Below, one piece after another: positions 26,352 to 34,883 of a stretch of 64,000 nucleotides of DNA. The notes under the pieces were generated by a model. It saw only the letters and a program-made list of their open reading frames with translations, had not been told where the DNA came from and made no database searches. Location of the stretch: IMG/VR virus record IMGVR_UViG_3300050587_000151, positions 5,055 to 69,054 of that record; one strand, written 5' to 3'. The translations under genes and the position numbers were made by a program. This DNA comes from a virus (lineage: Duplodnaviria; Caudoviricetes). Numbering within the stretch: position 1 is the first letter of the stretch; every line of letters starts with the position of its first letter.

Positions 26352-26994
26352 TGGCAAGGCGGGTACTGGAAGGGTATCCTCTACCTACAAGCAACAACCC
26401 TCAGTAATCCCGCCTTATGTCAGTGGGCCTGCTCGTTAGCTATAACAACCGTACTGCATACCATACGTCCGGCCCGTGGAGCCTTGCTCCAGGCGCAAAG
26501 CAACTTGGCAGCCTGTTTGCTGCTCAGTCCCCTTCGTATCGGGGCCGCCAGTATGCCACGCCACACATACAACGCCCGTACGCATGCCGATTTTGAGGGA
26601 GGGAGCCTGCGCCCCCTCCTACACCATCACCGTCTGCCCGTTCCGTCGTACCGTGTTAAACGTTCCCGCGGGCGTATACGTATACCGCGGTTTGGGCGCG
26701 AAGCCTTGCTCTCGCGTGCCCTTCAAACCAGGAGCGGGCATGTCCGCCGTTCCTGCCAGCACAAACTCCGCCTCGCTCATTGGCACCTTCCCCGCGTTGG
26801 GACGCACATGCATGTCCCCTGCGTGGCGCATATCGCGTGTATGCACCTTCGGTAACCGATGCACGCGGCAGGCGGAGTCAAACATCTGACTCACCTTGCA
26901 CCTCCCGAAAGCTACACACAACGCGTGTAGCTGTGCCCTGCGTGTAGGTTTCGAGAGAGGGACGGCGTACCGCCCCTCGTGGTTGACGTGCCCC

Positions 26995-27336
26995 TTACGC
27001 CTTGCTCTTGCTGAAGAACAAATTCAGCGTAGGGTTGCCGAACGTGACTGAGAGATTCGCGCCGTTGGACAGACCGATCAAACCTGGTATGCCCTCTTTC
27101 GGGTCCGCATCCCCCCGCACAGCGAACATCCGCCGTGTGGGAGACGTGGTGGGCCTGCTATTCGCGTAGGTCATGGATTCCAGCGGAATCCGCACCACAA
27201 GATGCGTATCCGTGTACTCCACACCCGCTTCGATAGTCGGACCATTTGCCCCGCTCTTGGGGTCCGCCCCCAAGAACGCGTCTTCTCTCAGGTCAACCTT
27301 CGGCTTCTTCTGCTCTGCAACAGCAGCAGTAGCCAT
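26995..27336 (-). CDS. Hypothetical protein, first gene of the leftward arm
   Basis: GGAGG Shine-Dalgarno before MATAAVAEQKKPK. Confidence 0.75.
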   Translation of the reverse strand: MATAAVAEQKKPKVDLREDAFLGADPKSGANGPTIEAGVEYTDTHLVVRIPLESMTYANSRPTTSPTRRMFAVRGDADPKEGIPGLIGLSNGANLSVTFGNPTLNLFFSKSKA

Positions 27337-27910
27337 GGTGATTAACCTCCAAACTCTCTGACTGGCGGGCAGCCTGCCAAGCCGGATCTGCTTGGCCCTG
27401 GTGGCCCGCCGCCGACACCGAGAACCCGCCGGCGGGCCAAAAGCTGCGCAAGTTGTTGAGCGGCAAGGACTTGCGGGTCGGTGGCCATCCATCAAATTCG
27501 CGTGCGGGCGTGTGCGCATGCGTGGGTGCGCAGCCGCCCAGGCGCACACACGACGCACGAGACGCGTGACGCGCGGGCGTCCGGCTAACGCGTAACCCGT
27601 GCGCACGCAATGCGTTGCGTGGCCCTACGGGCGCCCGCGCCTGCGTGTGCTCGCGCACGTGCGCACCTGCGCGCCTGTGCACCGGGGGCGGGGTGATTTA
27701 TCGCAGGGCCGGGGGTGGCGCGTTATGGGCGTATACCCGCTATCTGGTACACAGAACAGGACTTAACGAGCAAGCTAGTCAAAAAATTTTAGAAAAAATC
27801 AACCAAAATTTCAAAAGTGCCAAGCACGGCAGTCTGCATGGCTCAACAGGCCCAAAAATAATACTGACAAAATTGTCAGGCCACACAAGGCGCTTTGCCT
27901 CGCAAAGTAC

Positions 27911-27939
27911 TTGATAACATTAGCCAAAAATGGTATAAT
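27911..27939 (+). promoter_or_regulatory. Sigma70-type promoter for the rightward arm
   Basis: TTGATA-17 bp-TATAAT with an extended -10 TG. Confidence 0.8.
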
Positions 27940-27950
27940 GGTAGTTAACT

Positions 27951-28355
27951 GTGATGGAGGCAAAAATCACGGAAAACCCACAGTTAAATAGTGTCCCGAG
28001 CGATTCTGCCCAGGCCGCTCCCACCGAAGTAACTTTCCCCCCCAAGAAGCAATCCCCCCCGTGCAGCGAAAATGTCTGTGCCAACGGCCACTCGTGGCCA
28101 CCGACACTTGCGTTGTCAAGTTGCACGGGTTGCGGATCGCCTGTACTGGCGATGCTGATGGAGAATTGCCCATATTGTAACGAGCCAACACAGGTGACCC
28201 GACTGCGCACGGATCACTTCCCGTCTGGTGGGCAAGTGGTCAAAGCGTGTAAAGGCCAAGTAGGCAGCGCGGAAATCACCATCGTCGAGCTGGAGCGCAC
28301 GCATGCAGTGGAGGTGGAGAGCCGGCCAAGCAAGAAGGACGCCCCATGCGCCTAG
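27951..28355 (+). CDS. Zinc-ribbon hypothetical protein
   Basis: CANGH, CTGCG, CPYC. Confidence 0.7.
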   Translation: MMEAKITENPQLNSVPSDSAQAAPTEVTFPPKKQSPPCSENVCANGHSWPPTLALSSCTGCGSPVLAMLMENCPYCNEPTQVTRLRTDHFPSGGQVVKACKGQVGSAEITIVELERTHAVEVESRPSKKDAPCA

Positions 28356-28729
28356 TACGGCAGCCGGATGGCAGCGCACTTTGCGGCCAGTCGTGTGTTG
28401 CGATGCTCGCGGACGTGAGTCTCGACGAGGCAATCGAGGCTGTTGGGCATGAGCATGGCACACGGACAAGCGAGCTGCGGCAAGCGCTGGCAAGCCTCGG
28501 GGTGCGTACAGCGTCCCGGTGCCGGCGCATCAGCCGGGCATGTCCAGCGTACCCTCCAACCGCGTTGCTAGTCGCCCGGAAAAACGACTTCCGCCGGTCG
28601 CATTGGATGGTGATGAAGGACGGTGTGGTCTACGATCCAGAGGGCGCCTGGCCACGGTACGACGGGTGGAAAATCACAAGTTATCTTGAAGTCTACGACC
28701 GGCCACACTGGACAGGAAGCCAAGCATGA
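28346..28729 (+). CDS. Peptidase C39-like protein
   Basis: Q....CGQSCVAM (Gln/Cys), SHWMV (His), YDP (Asp). Confidence 0.8.
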   Translation: MRLVRQPDGSALCGQSCVAMLADVSLDEAIEAVGHEHGTRTSELRQALASLGVRTASRCRRISRACPAYPPTALLVARKNDFRRSHWMVMKDGVVYDPEGAWPRYDGWKITSYLEVYDRPHWTGSQA

Positions 28730-28962
28730 TCCGCACAGTAATCGTCACCGCCGACACGATTCTTGAGTTGATGAAGGATTACCTGGGCGAGGAGAATGTA
28801 CCACAAGATGCGAGGCCCACGCGGTTGCTGTTCAACCGCAATGATAAAGGCCGGCTGGCGATTGAGGCATCCAGCGATAACTGGCCAACGGGCAAGGATG
28901 GGTTTGAAGCGCGATTCGACTTGCAACGGTCATTCTTAGTCGGGGGCCAACCGAGTGACTAG
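28726..28962 (+). CDS. Hypothetical protein
   Basis: Coupled by an ATGA overlap. Confidence 0.65.
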   Translation: MIRTVIVTADTILELMKDYLGEENVPQDARPTRLLFNRNDKGRLAIEASSDNWPTGKDGFEARFDLQRSFLVGGQPSD

Positions 28963-29233
28963 CAAACTGATTGTGTTCGACGCCAACTCGCTGCTAAAGC
29001 TGCTTGTCCACTACAGCGACGGGGCAGCGGTGCCGTTGGATGCAGAGTTACAGGCAGTCCGTGTCAACCCGTTGCTTCAGCGTTGTGTGGCTTTGGACTT
29101 CGAGACCCGTGAGCCGGGTCCCCAGATTGCGCAGGTCCGCTACGAAGGCAAGCGGGTGCTGGTCTGGCATGAGGCCGGCACGCCGGCTGTTTGGCAAGAA
29201 GGCAATGAACGGCCAAGGGGCAAGCGAGGCTAG
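28955..29233 (+). CDS. Hypothetical protein, weakly similar to the preceding gene
   Basis: IVFDANSLLKLLVHY vs IVTADTILELMKDY. Confidence 0.6.
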   Translation: MTSKLIVFDANSLLKLLVHYSDGAAVPLDAELQAVRVNPLLQRCVALDFETREPGPQIAQVRYEGKRVLVWHEAGTPAVWQEGNERPRGKRG

Positions 29234-29408
29234 GCAGACAATCGTGGGTGCCAATGACATTCTCATTTGGGCGGCTACCGGGGAGCCAGCGGTACGGCAA
29301 GGCACGTTTGGCTTTGTGCCACGGCAGCCAGCCAGCAGGCCGACACCCACAAATGCGGGTAGCCAACTAGCCGCCCCTGAATGGTCTGACCACCGCGCAA
29401 CGCCGTCC

Positions 29409-29603
29409 AAATAATTTAATCTTCTCTATGTTCTTTATATCTTCTTATATATCAATGATATATAAAGACTATATGAATACTGGAAAAATAAATAATTATT
29501 TGGGACAGGTGTACAGTAAGGGCAGAAAAGTACTAGAGCAAGAGTACTAGTACATTTTGACCCTTACTGTACAAAGAGAGTAGGAAATAATTATTTATTT
29601 TTT
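29409..29603. repeat. AT-rich inverted-repeat/iteron cassette, copy 2
   Basis: 18-bp inverted repeat (29484-29501 / 29585-29602) enclosing inverted TGTACAGTAAGGG copies (29510-29522 / 29561-29573). Shares 19-bp, 14-bp and 11-bp identical blocks with copy 1. Confidence 0.85.
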
Positions 29604-29820
29604 GCAGACTACGGGCAGACAGGTCGAGGGTGCCCCTTTGCCGCCTGCCCGCCAGGGCACCTCGGGCGCCTGGTCCACCGATGCGTGAGCATCCGTGGCA
29701 GCCGGGCTGCCCGAGCCGCTGCCCGCCAGCGCCAGGCTGCCCCCCCCCCCCTGGCGAAAGCGCAAGGGAGCTTTCCTCCCCGCCAAGCTCCCTTGTGCAA
29801 AGATACCGAGCTTAGCAGAC

Positions 29821-30078
29821 ATGGATAACGATATTAGGGAAGCGATAGAAGCAAAGATCAAGAAGCTTAAGGAGCTGGAGGAAGCAGAGAGAGCCCGTGC
29901 TTACGAGACTACCGACAGCTATTTGCAAGCACAGCCAAACGAAGCCCCCTCTAGCTATTGCCCGTATTGCGATCCGCCGCGATGCCCGTGTTGTGGGAGA
30001 GTGCTTCGAGGGCAACCAATGTGGCCTGTTTGGCCGTACTGGCCACAGACAAGCAACGAGCCGTGGATTTCATGGTAA
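29821..30078 (+). CDS. Small zinc-finger/coiled-coil protein
   Basis: CPYC...CPCCG; ATG at 29821. Confidence 0.6.
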   Translation: MDNDIREAIEAKIKKLKELEEAERARAYETTDSYLQAQPNEAPSSYCPYCDPPRCPCCGRVLRGQPMWPVWPYWPQTSNEPWISW

Positions 30079-30899
30079 GCACTACCCGCAGCCCAAGAAT
30101 CCTCGTGCTTGGCGACGTGATGGTGGACCGCTGGTGGCTAGGCTCCGCAGCACGGCTGAGCCCCGAAGCGCCAATACCTGTCACGAAGATTGACAAGATC
30201 ATCGATTGTCCTGGCGGTGCGGGGAACGTGGCTGCGAATCTTAAGGCCCTTGGTGCTGCGGTATGGTGCCCAAACCAGGGCGATCGACAGGTGCCGATCA
30301 AAAATCGTTTGATGGTCAACGATGTCCAACTTGCCCGGTGGGATGAGAACGATACTTGTGAGGCGATAACCAATATATCGTACGGCCAGTGGGATGCTGT
30401 TGTGGTTGCTGACTATTGCAAAGGTGCAGTTGGCCCAGCGGTTGTGGACTACGTGCGCAAGTTTTGCATCCCGAAGTTTATTGACACTAAAGGCAACCCG
30501 TCTCTCTGGGCAGGCATTCCTGGAGTGACGATTTTCCCCAACACCAAAGAGTACAGCACCTACTTTGACGAGTATTACAACAACTTTAGCCATATTGTGC
30601 ATAAGAAAAGCGCCCATGGGGTCGAGGAAACGCTGATAAGCAGGTTTGATGGGCGGGTGTTTGATGCCAAGAGGGAAAAGATCCCAAGCTGGGCAAAGTT
30701 CGTGTGCAACGTTTCAGGAGCCGGCGACACGCTTACGGCGGCTTACGCCTACGCAACACTTGTTGGCTATCCCGACCCACTGGCCTTCGCGAACGCCGCC
30801 GCTGCGGTAGTCGTCGAGAAGCCGCTCACTGCGACTGCCAGCTTGCAAGAAGTGCTTGACCGTTTGAAGGAGGTTGGCTACCCGAATGCCGGCTGCTAG
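30072..30899 (+). CDS. HldE/RfaE domain I-like heptose-7-phosphate kinase (PfkB family)
   Basis: ILVLGDVMVD, RLSPEAPIPV, PGGAGNVAANL, ADYCKG, SGAGDT, ANAAAAVVV. Confidence 0.9.
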   Translation: MVSTTRSPRILVLGDVMVDRWWLGSAARLSPEAPIPVTKIDKIIDCPGGAGNVAANLKALGAAVWCPNQGDRQVPIKNRLMVNDVQLARWDENDTCEAITNISYGQWDAVVVADYCKGAVGPAVVDYVRKFCIPKFIDTKGNPSLWAGIPGVTIFPNTKEYSTYFDEYYNNFSHIVHKKSAHGVEETLISRFDGRVFDAKREKIPSWAKFVCNVSGAGDTLTAAYAYATLVGYPDPLAFANAAAAVVVEKPLTATASLQEVLDRLKEVGYPNAGC

Positions 30900-31296
30900 C
30901 TTGCAGCGTAGTGATGAATACCCGGTTGTCGAGAAAGCTTGGGGCCTGGAGTATGTGCTCTACAACGGCCCTGCGCCATATTGCCTGAAAGTGCTGGCTA
31001 TCAATCCAGACTGGCAATGTAGCTTGCATAAGCACCTTGCCAAAGCCGAGACATTTTTGTGCGCCGAAGGCGGTGTGGTTGTTGAGTACCAAGATGGTGA
31101 AACGGCGGCTGGCTCGCCGATAATTACAACCACGACCTTGCATGTTGGGGATTCGTTACATGTGCCGGCGGGGGCGCTGCACAGGTTTTGGTCGGCATTG
31201 CCAGGTTCGCCTGGCTTGCTGCTTGAAGCCTCCACGCACCATGATGACGAAGATGTAGTGCGAGTTGAGACATCGCGAAAACGAGAAGCATTGTAG
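30886..31296 (+). CDS. Cupin-fold sugar-phosphate isomerase-like protein
   Basis: VEKAWG.E, CLKVL, CSLHKH..KAETF, HRF, EAST.H.DED. Confidence 0.8.
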   Translation: MPAASLQRSDEYPVVEKAWGLEYVLYNGPAPYCLKVLAINPDWQCSLHKHLAKAETFLCAEGGVVVEYQDGETAAGSPIITTTTLHVGDSLHVPAGALHRFWSALPGSPGLLLEASTHHDDEDVVRVETSRKREAL

Positions 31297-31314
31297 CCTG
31301 CCCATAAGCTTGCC

Positions 31315-32232
31315 TTGCTTGCCTTGCCATACGAAGTCCTGGATCTTGACATCACGCCTGAGTTGCTAGCTGACGTTGCGCGGCTGCCCAACAAACGTCG
31401 CAAGGCAGCCCTTCGTGCCCTCGGCCGCAACGAATGGCAGCGTTGTGCGGATGACATTCTTTACTGGCTTGACGAGGATCGCCATTCGACTGTTGGACCG
31501 TATGTGTACACACTTGATCCGCACCCGCTGCATGCTTGCCGGCTGTGCAACGATCAAGCAACGCATTTCTTCAACAAACGACGCACGCATTTGCAGTTAA
31601 CGCACGACATCGAGTGCGAAGAAGAAAACGAGCTACGGGGCTACTTTATCGAGTTGCCCACCACGCGGCCGTTTCCTCGGCATTTGTTGTACGAATACAT
31701 CGCGCCGATTATCAAGCCGTGGCAGCAAGAGCAGTTTTTGTTCATTGAGAAATCCCGCGATATGTTTGCTACGTGGCTTGTCGTGACGATGTATACCTGG
31801 GATACGCTGTATCACGAAGGACGCCAGAATATCTTCCAATCTGAAGATGCCCCAAAGACGCGGGAACTTGTCGAACGCTCGTGGTTTATCTACAACCATC
31901 AGCCAAAGATAATTCGTGATGTGCATAGGGCTGAATATGCAATTGGGGCTGCGAAATCAGGTATGCTGCGCATTACCAGCTTGAATTCCGAAATCCTTGG
32001 CTTTCCTCAAGGCCCGGATCAAATTCGGCAATATCACCCTTCTGGCGTGTTCCAAGACGAAGCTGCGTTTCAAGTCTCAGCGGGTGACGCGTTTGCGGCA
32101 ATCAAGCCTGCGATCCAGGCAGGCGGGCGCTTTACCGCAATCTCGTCCGCTAATCCTGGGTGGTTCCATTTAGCATGCAGTGATCGTGACCAAGAACAAC
32201 TTAGTGAAGCTCCACCACACAACTTTGCCTAG
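31315..32232 (+). CDS. terL: Terminase large subunit, ATPase half
   Basis: Walker A-type IEKSRDMFATW, Walker B VFQDEAAF, coupling motif ISSANPG; C2H2-like insert CRLC...HLQLTH. Confidence 0.85.
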   Translation: MLALPYEVLDLDITPELLADVARLPNKRRKAALRALGRNEWQRCADDILYWLDEDRHSTVGPYVYTLDPHPLHACRLCNDQATHFFNKRRTHLQLTHDIECEEENELRGYFIELPTTRPFPRHLLYEYIAPIIKPWQQEQFLFIEKSRDMFATWLVVTMYTWDTLYHEGRQNIFQSEDAPKTRELVERSWFIYNHQPKIIRDVHRAEYAIGAAKSGMLRITSLNSEILGFPQGPDQIRQYHPSGVFQDEAAFQVSAGDAFAAIKPAIQAGGRFTAISSANPGWFHLACSDRDQEQLSEAPPHNFA

Positions 32233-32722
32233 CCGCATTCGTAATTATTACTACACTCGAACGAAGGGCGCTGACGGGGTACCGTGGCTGCGCATCGATA
32301 TGCTACCAGCAGCCCAACTTGCCCGGCCACGAGTGCTTGTCAACGGCGCATTTGATTTGCTGACTGCAAGCCATATGCGGTTGCTGAGCGTTGCACGAGA
32401 CAAAGCAGGGCCGACAGGAACGGTGCTTATAGCTCTCGATAGCGACGAAAAGGTGGCCAAGGCAAAGGGCGCTAGTCGTCCGGTCATGACCTTCATCGAG
32501 CGCGCAACCACCCTTGGCTACATGCCAATCGATGCGCTGGTCGAGGTGGGCAGTGACGAAGATATGCGGCGCCTGGTTGCCACGCTTGCACCTGACCTTC
32601 GGGTGCAGGGCGCGGAGTACGCAGGTCACGCAACCCGGTTCCCGCATGTGTGTCGATGCTTCGTGCCAGATACCGGCCTGCACACGTCTGACATCATTGC
32701 AAGGATTAGGCAACAGAGCTAG
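32180..32722 (+). CDS. HldE/RfaE domain II-like nucleotidyltransferase
   Basis: NGAFDLLTASH (variant HxGH), ALDSDE.V...KG..RPV, PDLRVQGAEY, HTSDII. Confidence 0.85.
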   Translation: MIVTKNNLVKLHHTTLPSRIRNYYYTRTKGADGVPWLRIDMLPAAQLARPRVLVNGAFDLLTASHMRLLSVARDKAGPTGTVLIALDSDEKVAKAKGASRPVMTFIERATTLGYMPIDALVEVGSDEDMRRLVATLAPDLRVQGAEYAGHATRFPHVCRCFVPDTGLHTSDIIARIRQQS

Positions 32723-32733
32723 GAGGGCTCCCT

Positions 32734-33066
32734 GTGACACTTGGAGAAAAGCAGCGGAAGTTTGTATCAATGATCGGCCAGCTTATCGGCTGGGCGTATG
32801 CCCACGGTTACGAACTGACCTTTGGCGAAGCGTATCGCACACCAGAGCAGGCGGCGCTGTATGCCAAGCAGGGCAAAGGCATTGCAAAGTCGCTGCATTG
32901 CTCACGGCTGGCGGTGGACTTTAACTTGTTTGTCAACGGTGCCTACCAGCCGACGAGCGAAGCATACAAGACGCTCGGCGAGTATTGGGAATCGCTCGGT
33001 GGCGCGTGGGGCGGGCGATTCAACGACGGTAATCACTTTAGCCTTGAGCATGAAGGCAGGAAATAA
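32734..33066 (+). CDS. M15-family peptidase endolysin
   Basis: EAYRTPEQ, SLHCSRLAVD, WGGRFNDGNHFS. Confidence 0.88.
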   Translation: MTLGEKQRKFVSMIGQLIGWAYAHGYELTFGEAYRTPEQAALYAKQGKGIAKSLHCSRLAVDFNLFVNGAYQPTSEAYKTLGEYWESLGGAWGGRFNDGNHFSLEHEGRK

Positions 33067-33085
33067 TCCTCAAACAAGAATTCTT

Positions 33086-33598
33086 ATGAAACTCAAAGCA
33101 CTATTCACGTCAATCATCCTCAGTCTTGCTCTGCCGGTGGTCACTGTCGCGCAAGACGCACCAGCCCCTGCTAGTGAGCCCTCAAACTTCGTGGCAATCG
33201 GCCTCACCATCACCCCCGACCCCCAGGCTCGGCCGGCGTTGACTGTCGCAACCAAGCTGACTGACAAGGTTGGTGGTCTATGGTCATACAACGACTACAC
33301 GGTCATGTCGGTCAAACGGACTCCACAGATCCAGCTTCAGATTGTCGCCATGACGGGCATTGCAACGCCTGTGCGGAATATTGGACCTGATAGCTGGCGG
33401 GTCAAAGTTTGGACGCTCGGTCAGCTTGGCCTCGCGCAAGAAGGCGATCACACAGGCATTGCCTACGCAGGGCCTGGTGGGTTTGTAACGATACCAGTCA
33501 AGAACTGGTTTATCATCCTACCGGCCATCAAACCTGTAAAGACCGCACTGTCGGACTTCCAGGCGGATTTTCGGATCAGCATTGGAAAGACGTGGTAG
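33086..33598 (+). CDS. Secreted, predicted outer-membrane beta-barrel protein
   Basis: Signal peptide, alternating beta-strand pattern and C-terminal aromatic residue (FRISIGKTW). Confidence 0.6.
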   Translation: MKLKALFTSIILSLALPVVTVAQDAPAPASEPSNFVAIGLTITPDPQARPALTVATKLTDKVGGLWSYNDYTVMSVKRTPQIQLQIVAMTGIATPVRNIGPDSWRVKVWTLGQLGLAQEGDHTGIAYAGPGGFVTIPVKNWFIILPAIKPVKTALSDFQADFRISIGKTW

Positions 33599-33619
33599 GA
33601 AGCACGCTGCGGCAGCCCG

Positions 33620-33868
33620 CTACTCAAACTCCAAAACTGCCGATGCACGTAGCTCGGCTGGCGAGCGGGAATCAGGCTCCTGCCAATCAAGATCCCCAAA
33701 CAGCGCCGTTGCTTCGGACTTTGCTTTTGTTACGCTCTCGCAAAGGCGGCCACTGACCAGTAGTGCCGGGCCCCCAGGTTGAGCGTGGACTCTGACACGG
33801 AACCGTGCACCCTCTCGTGACGAGCGAGACTGTCGATCTCGCTCGATAGTGATGTATATAGCCTGCAT
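33620..33868 (-). CDS. Antisense-oriented hypothetical protein
   Basis: 82 aa protein-like ORF filling a gap between plus-strand genes. Confidence 0.5.
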   Translation of the reverse strand: MQAIYITIERDRQSRSSREGARFRVRVHAQPGGPALLVSGRLCESVTKAKSEATALFGDLDWQEPDSRSPAELRASAVLEFE

Positions 33869-33931
33869 AGCGGTTTACAGACCCCTTCGCATGGGGGTTG
33901 GCGGTAGCAACTATCACATTCAATTTTTCAG

Positions 33932-33953
33932 TCCCCTTCGCACGGGGTTTTTT
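33932..33953 (+). terminator. Probable intrinsic terminator
   Basis: CCCC-TTCGCAC-GGGG followed by T6. Confidence 0.5.
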
Positions 33954-33974
33954 GCTCAAAGGAATATTTACCAC

Positions 33975-34148
33975 ATGGACCTCATCGGTGTCAAGGACGC
34001 TGTAGACAAAATAAACAACCAAACGATTCCGCAGACGCTTGGCGCATTGCACTCGATGCTCGACCGGCTTGAGGCGATGCTCGACCGGCTGGACAAGCTA
34101 ACAATCGTGGTCTACCTCAACGGCAGCCAACCGCAGCCCACGGACTAG
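33975..34148 (+). CDS. Small coiled-coil protein
   Basis: AAGGA Shine-Dalgarno; MDLIGVKDAVDK. Confidence 0.6.
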   Translation: MDLIGVKDAVDKINNQTIPQTLGALHSMLDRLEAMLDRLDKLTIVVYLNGSQPQPTD

Positions 34149-34151
34149 CAC

Positions 34152-34883
34152 TTGAACGAAGCCTCAAAATTCCGGCAACGGTGGCAAGAAAACGGCAAGT
34201 TTGACAGGTATTTTGGCTCCGAGTGCTCAATACTTGATATTGGCTGTGGCTCGGATCTGGTAGTGCCGCACGCCCGAGGCTGGGACCGTGCTGACGGTGA
34301 TGCGCAGTTTATGGCTGGCCTGGCGGACGAAAGTTTTGACCTGGTTTTTTCCGCCCATTGCCTTGAGCATTTGCATGATCCACTCGAAGGGCTGCTCAAC
34401 TGGTGGAGGCTGGTCAAGCCGGGTGGGCACCTGATCCTCATTGTGCCGGATGAGGATCGGTATGAACAACGTTGTTGGCCGTCGGCGTTCAATCCAGATC
34501 ATAAATGGTCGTTTAGCGTTAGCAAATCGCACAGTTGGTCGCCAGCCCACAAAGACCTCGCAGACTTGCTTGCCTTGTTGCCCAGCCGGGACATTCTATC
34601 GCTGCGCGTTATCGAGCCTTCAAGGCCACCAGATGGCGACTCGCCGTTTGACTCGACGCTTGTTGGGGATGAAGCGTGTATTGAGGCGATTGTGCAAAAG
34701 GTGCCCGATGCCGGGCCGCGATGGTCACCCTATTCTCCATTGCTTGTGTGCCCTGGATGCAAACGTCTTGAAGTGATTTTGCTTGGCGTGCTGCCTGATA
34801 TGCCAGGAGTGTTGCACTTCAAATGCCGGGCGTGCGGCAGCCCTTCGCAGTTTAATATTCCCGCTCCCGTCAATGGCAGCTAG
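34152..34883 (+). CDS. Class I SAM-dependent methyltransferase with C-terminal zinc ribbon
   Basis: ILDIGCG, FDLVFSAHCLEH, VKPGGHLILIVPD, CPGC...CRAC. Confidence 0.9.
   Translation: MNEASKFRQRWQENGKFDRYFGSECSILDIGCGSDLVVPHARGWDRADGDAQFMAGLADESFDLVFSAHCLEHLHDPLEGLLNWWRLVKPGGHLILIVPDEDRYEQRCWPSAFNPDHKWSFSVSKSHSWSPAHKDLADLLALLPSRDILSLRVIEPSRPPDGDSPFDSTLVGDEACIEAIVQKVPDAGPRWSPYSPLLVCPGCKRLEVILLGVLPDMPGVLHFKCRACGSPSQFNIPAPVNGS

Noticed and set aside
8581-29603. Twin cassettes as attL/attR of an integrated 21-kb element
   Set aside because: Gene orientation and content run continuously across the left site, and the interval includes the promoter/strand-switch region. The iteron-plus-AT-arm layout fits protein-binding or origin sites better. 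Not fully excluded.
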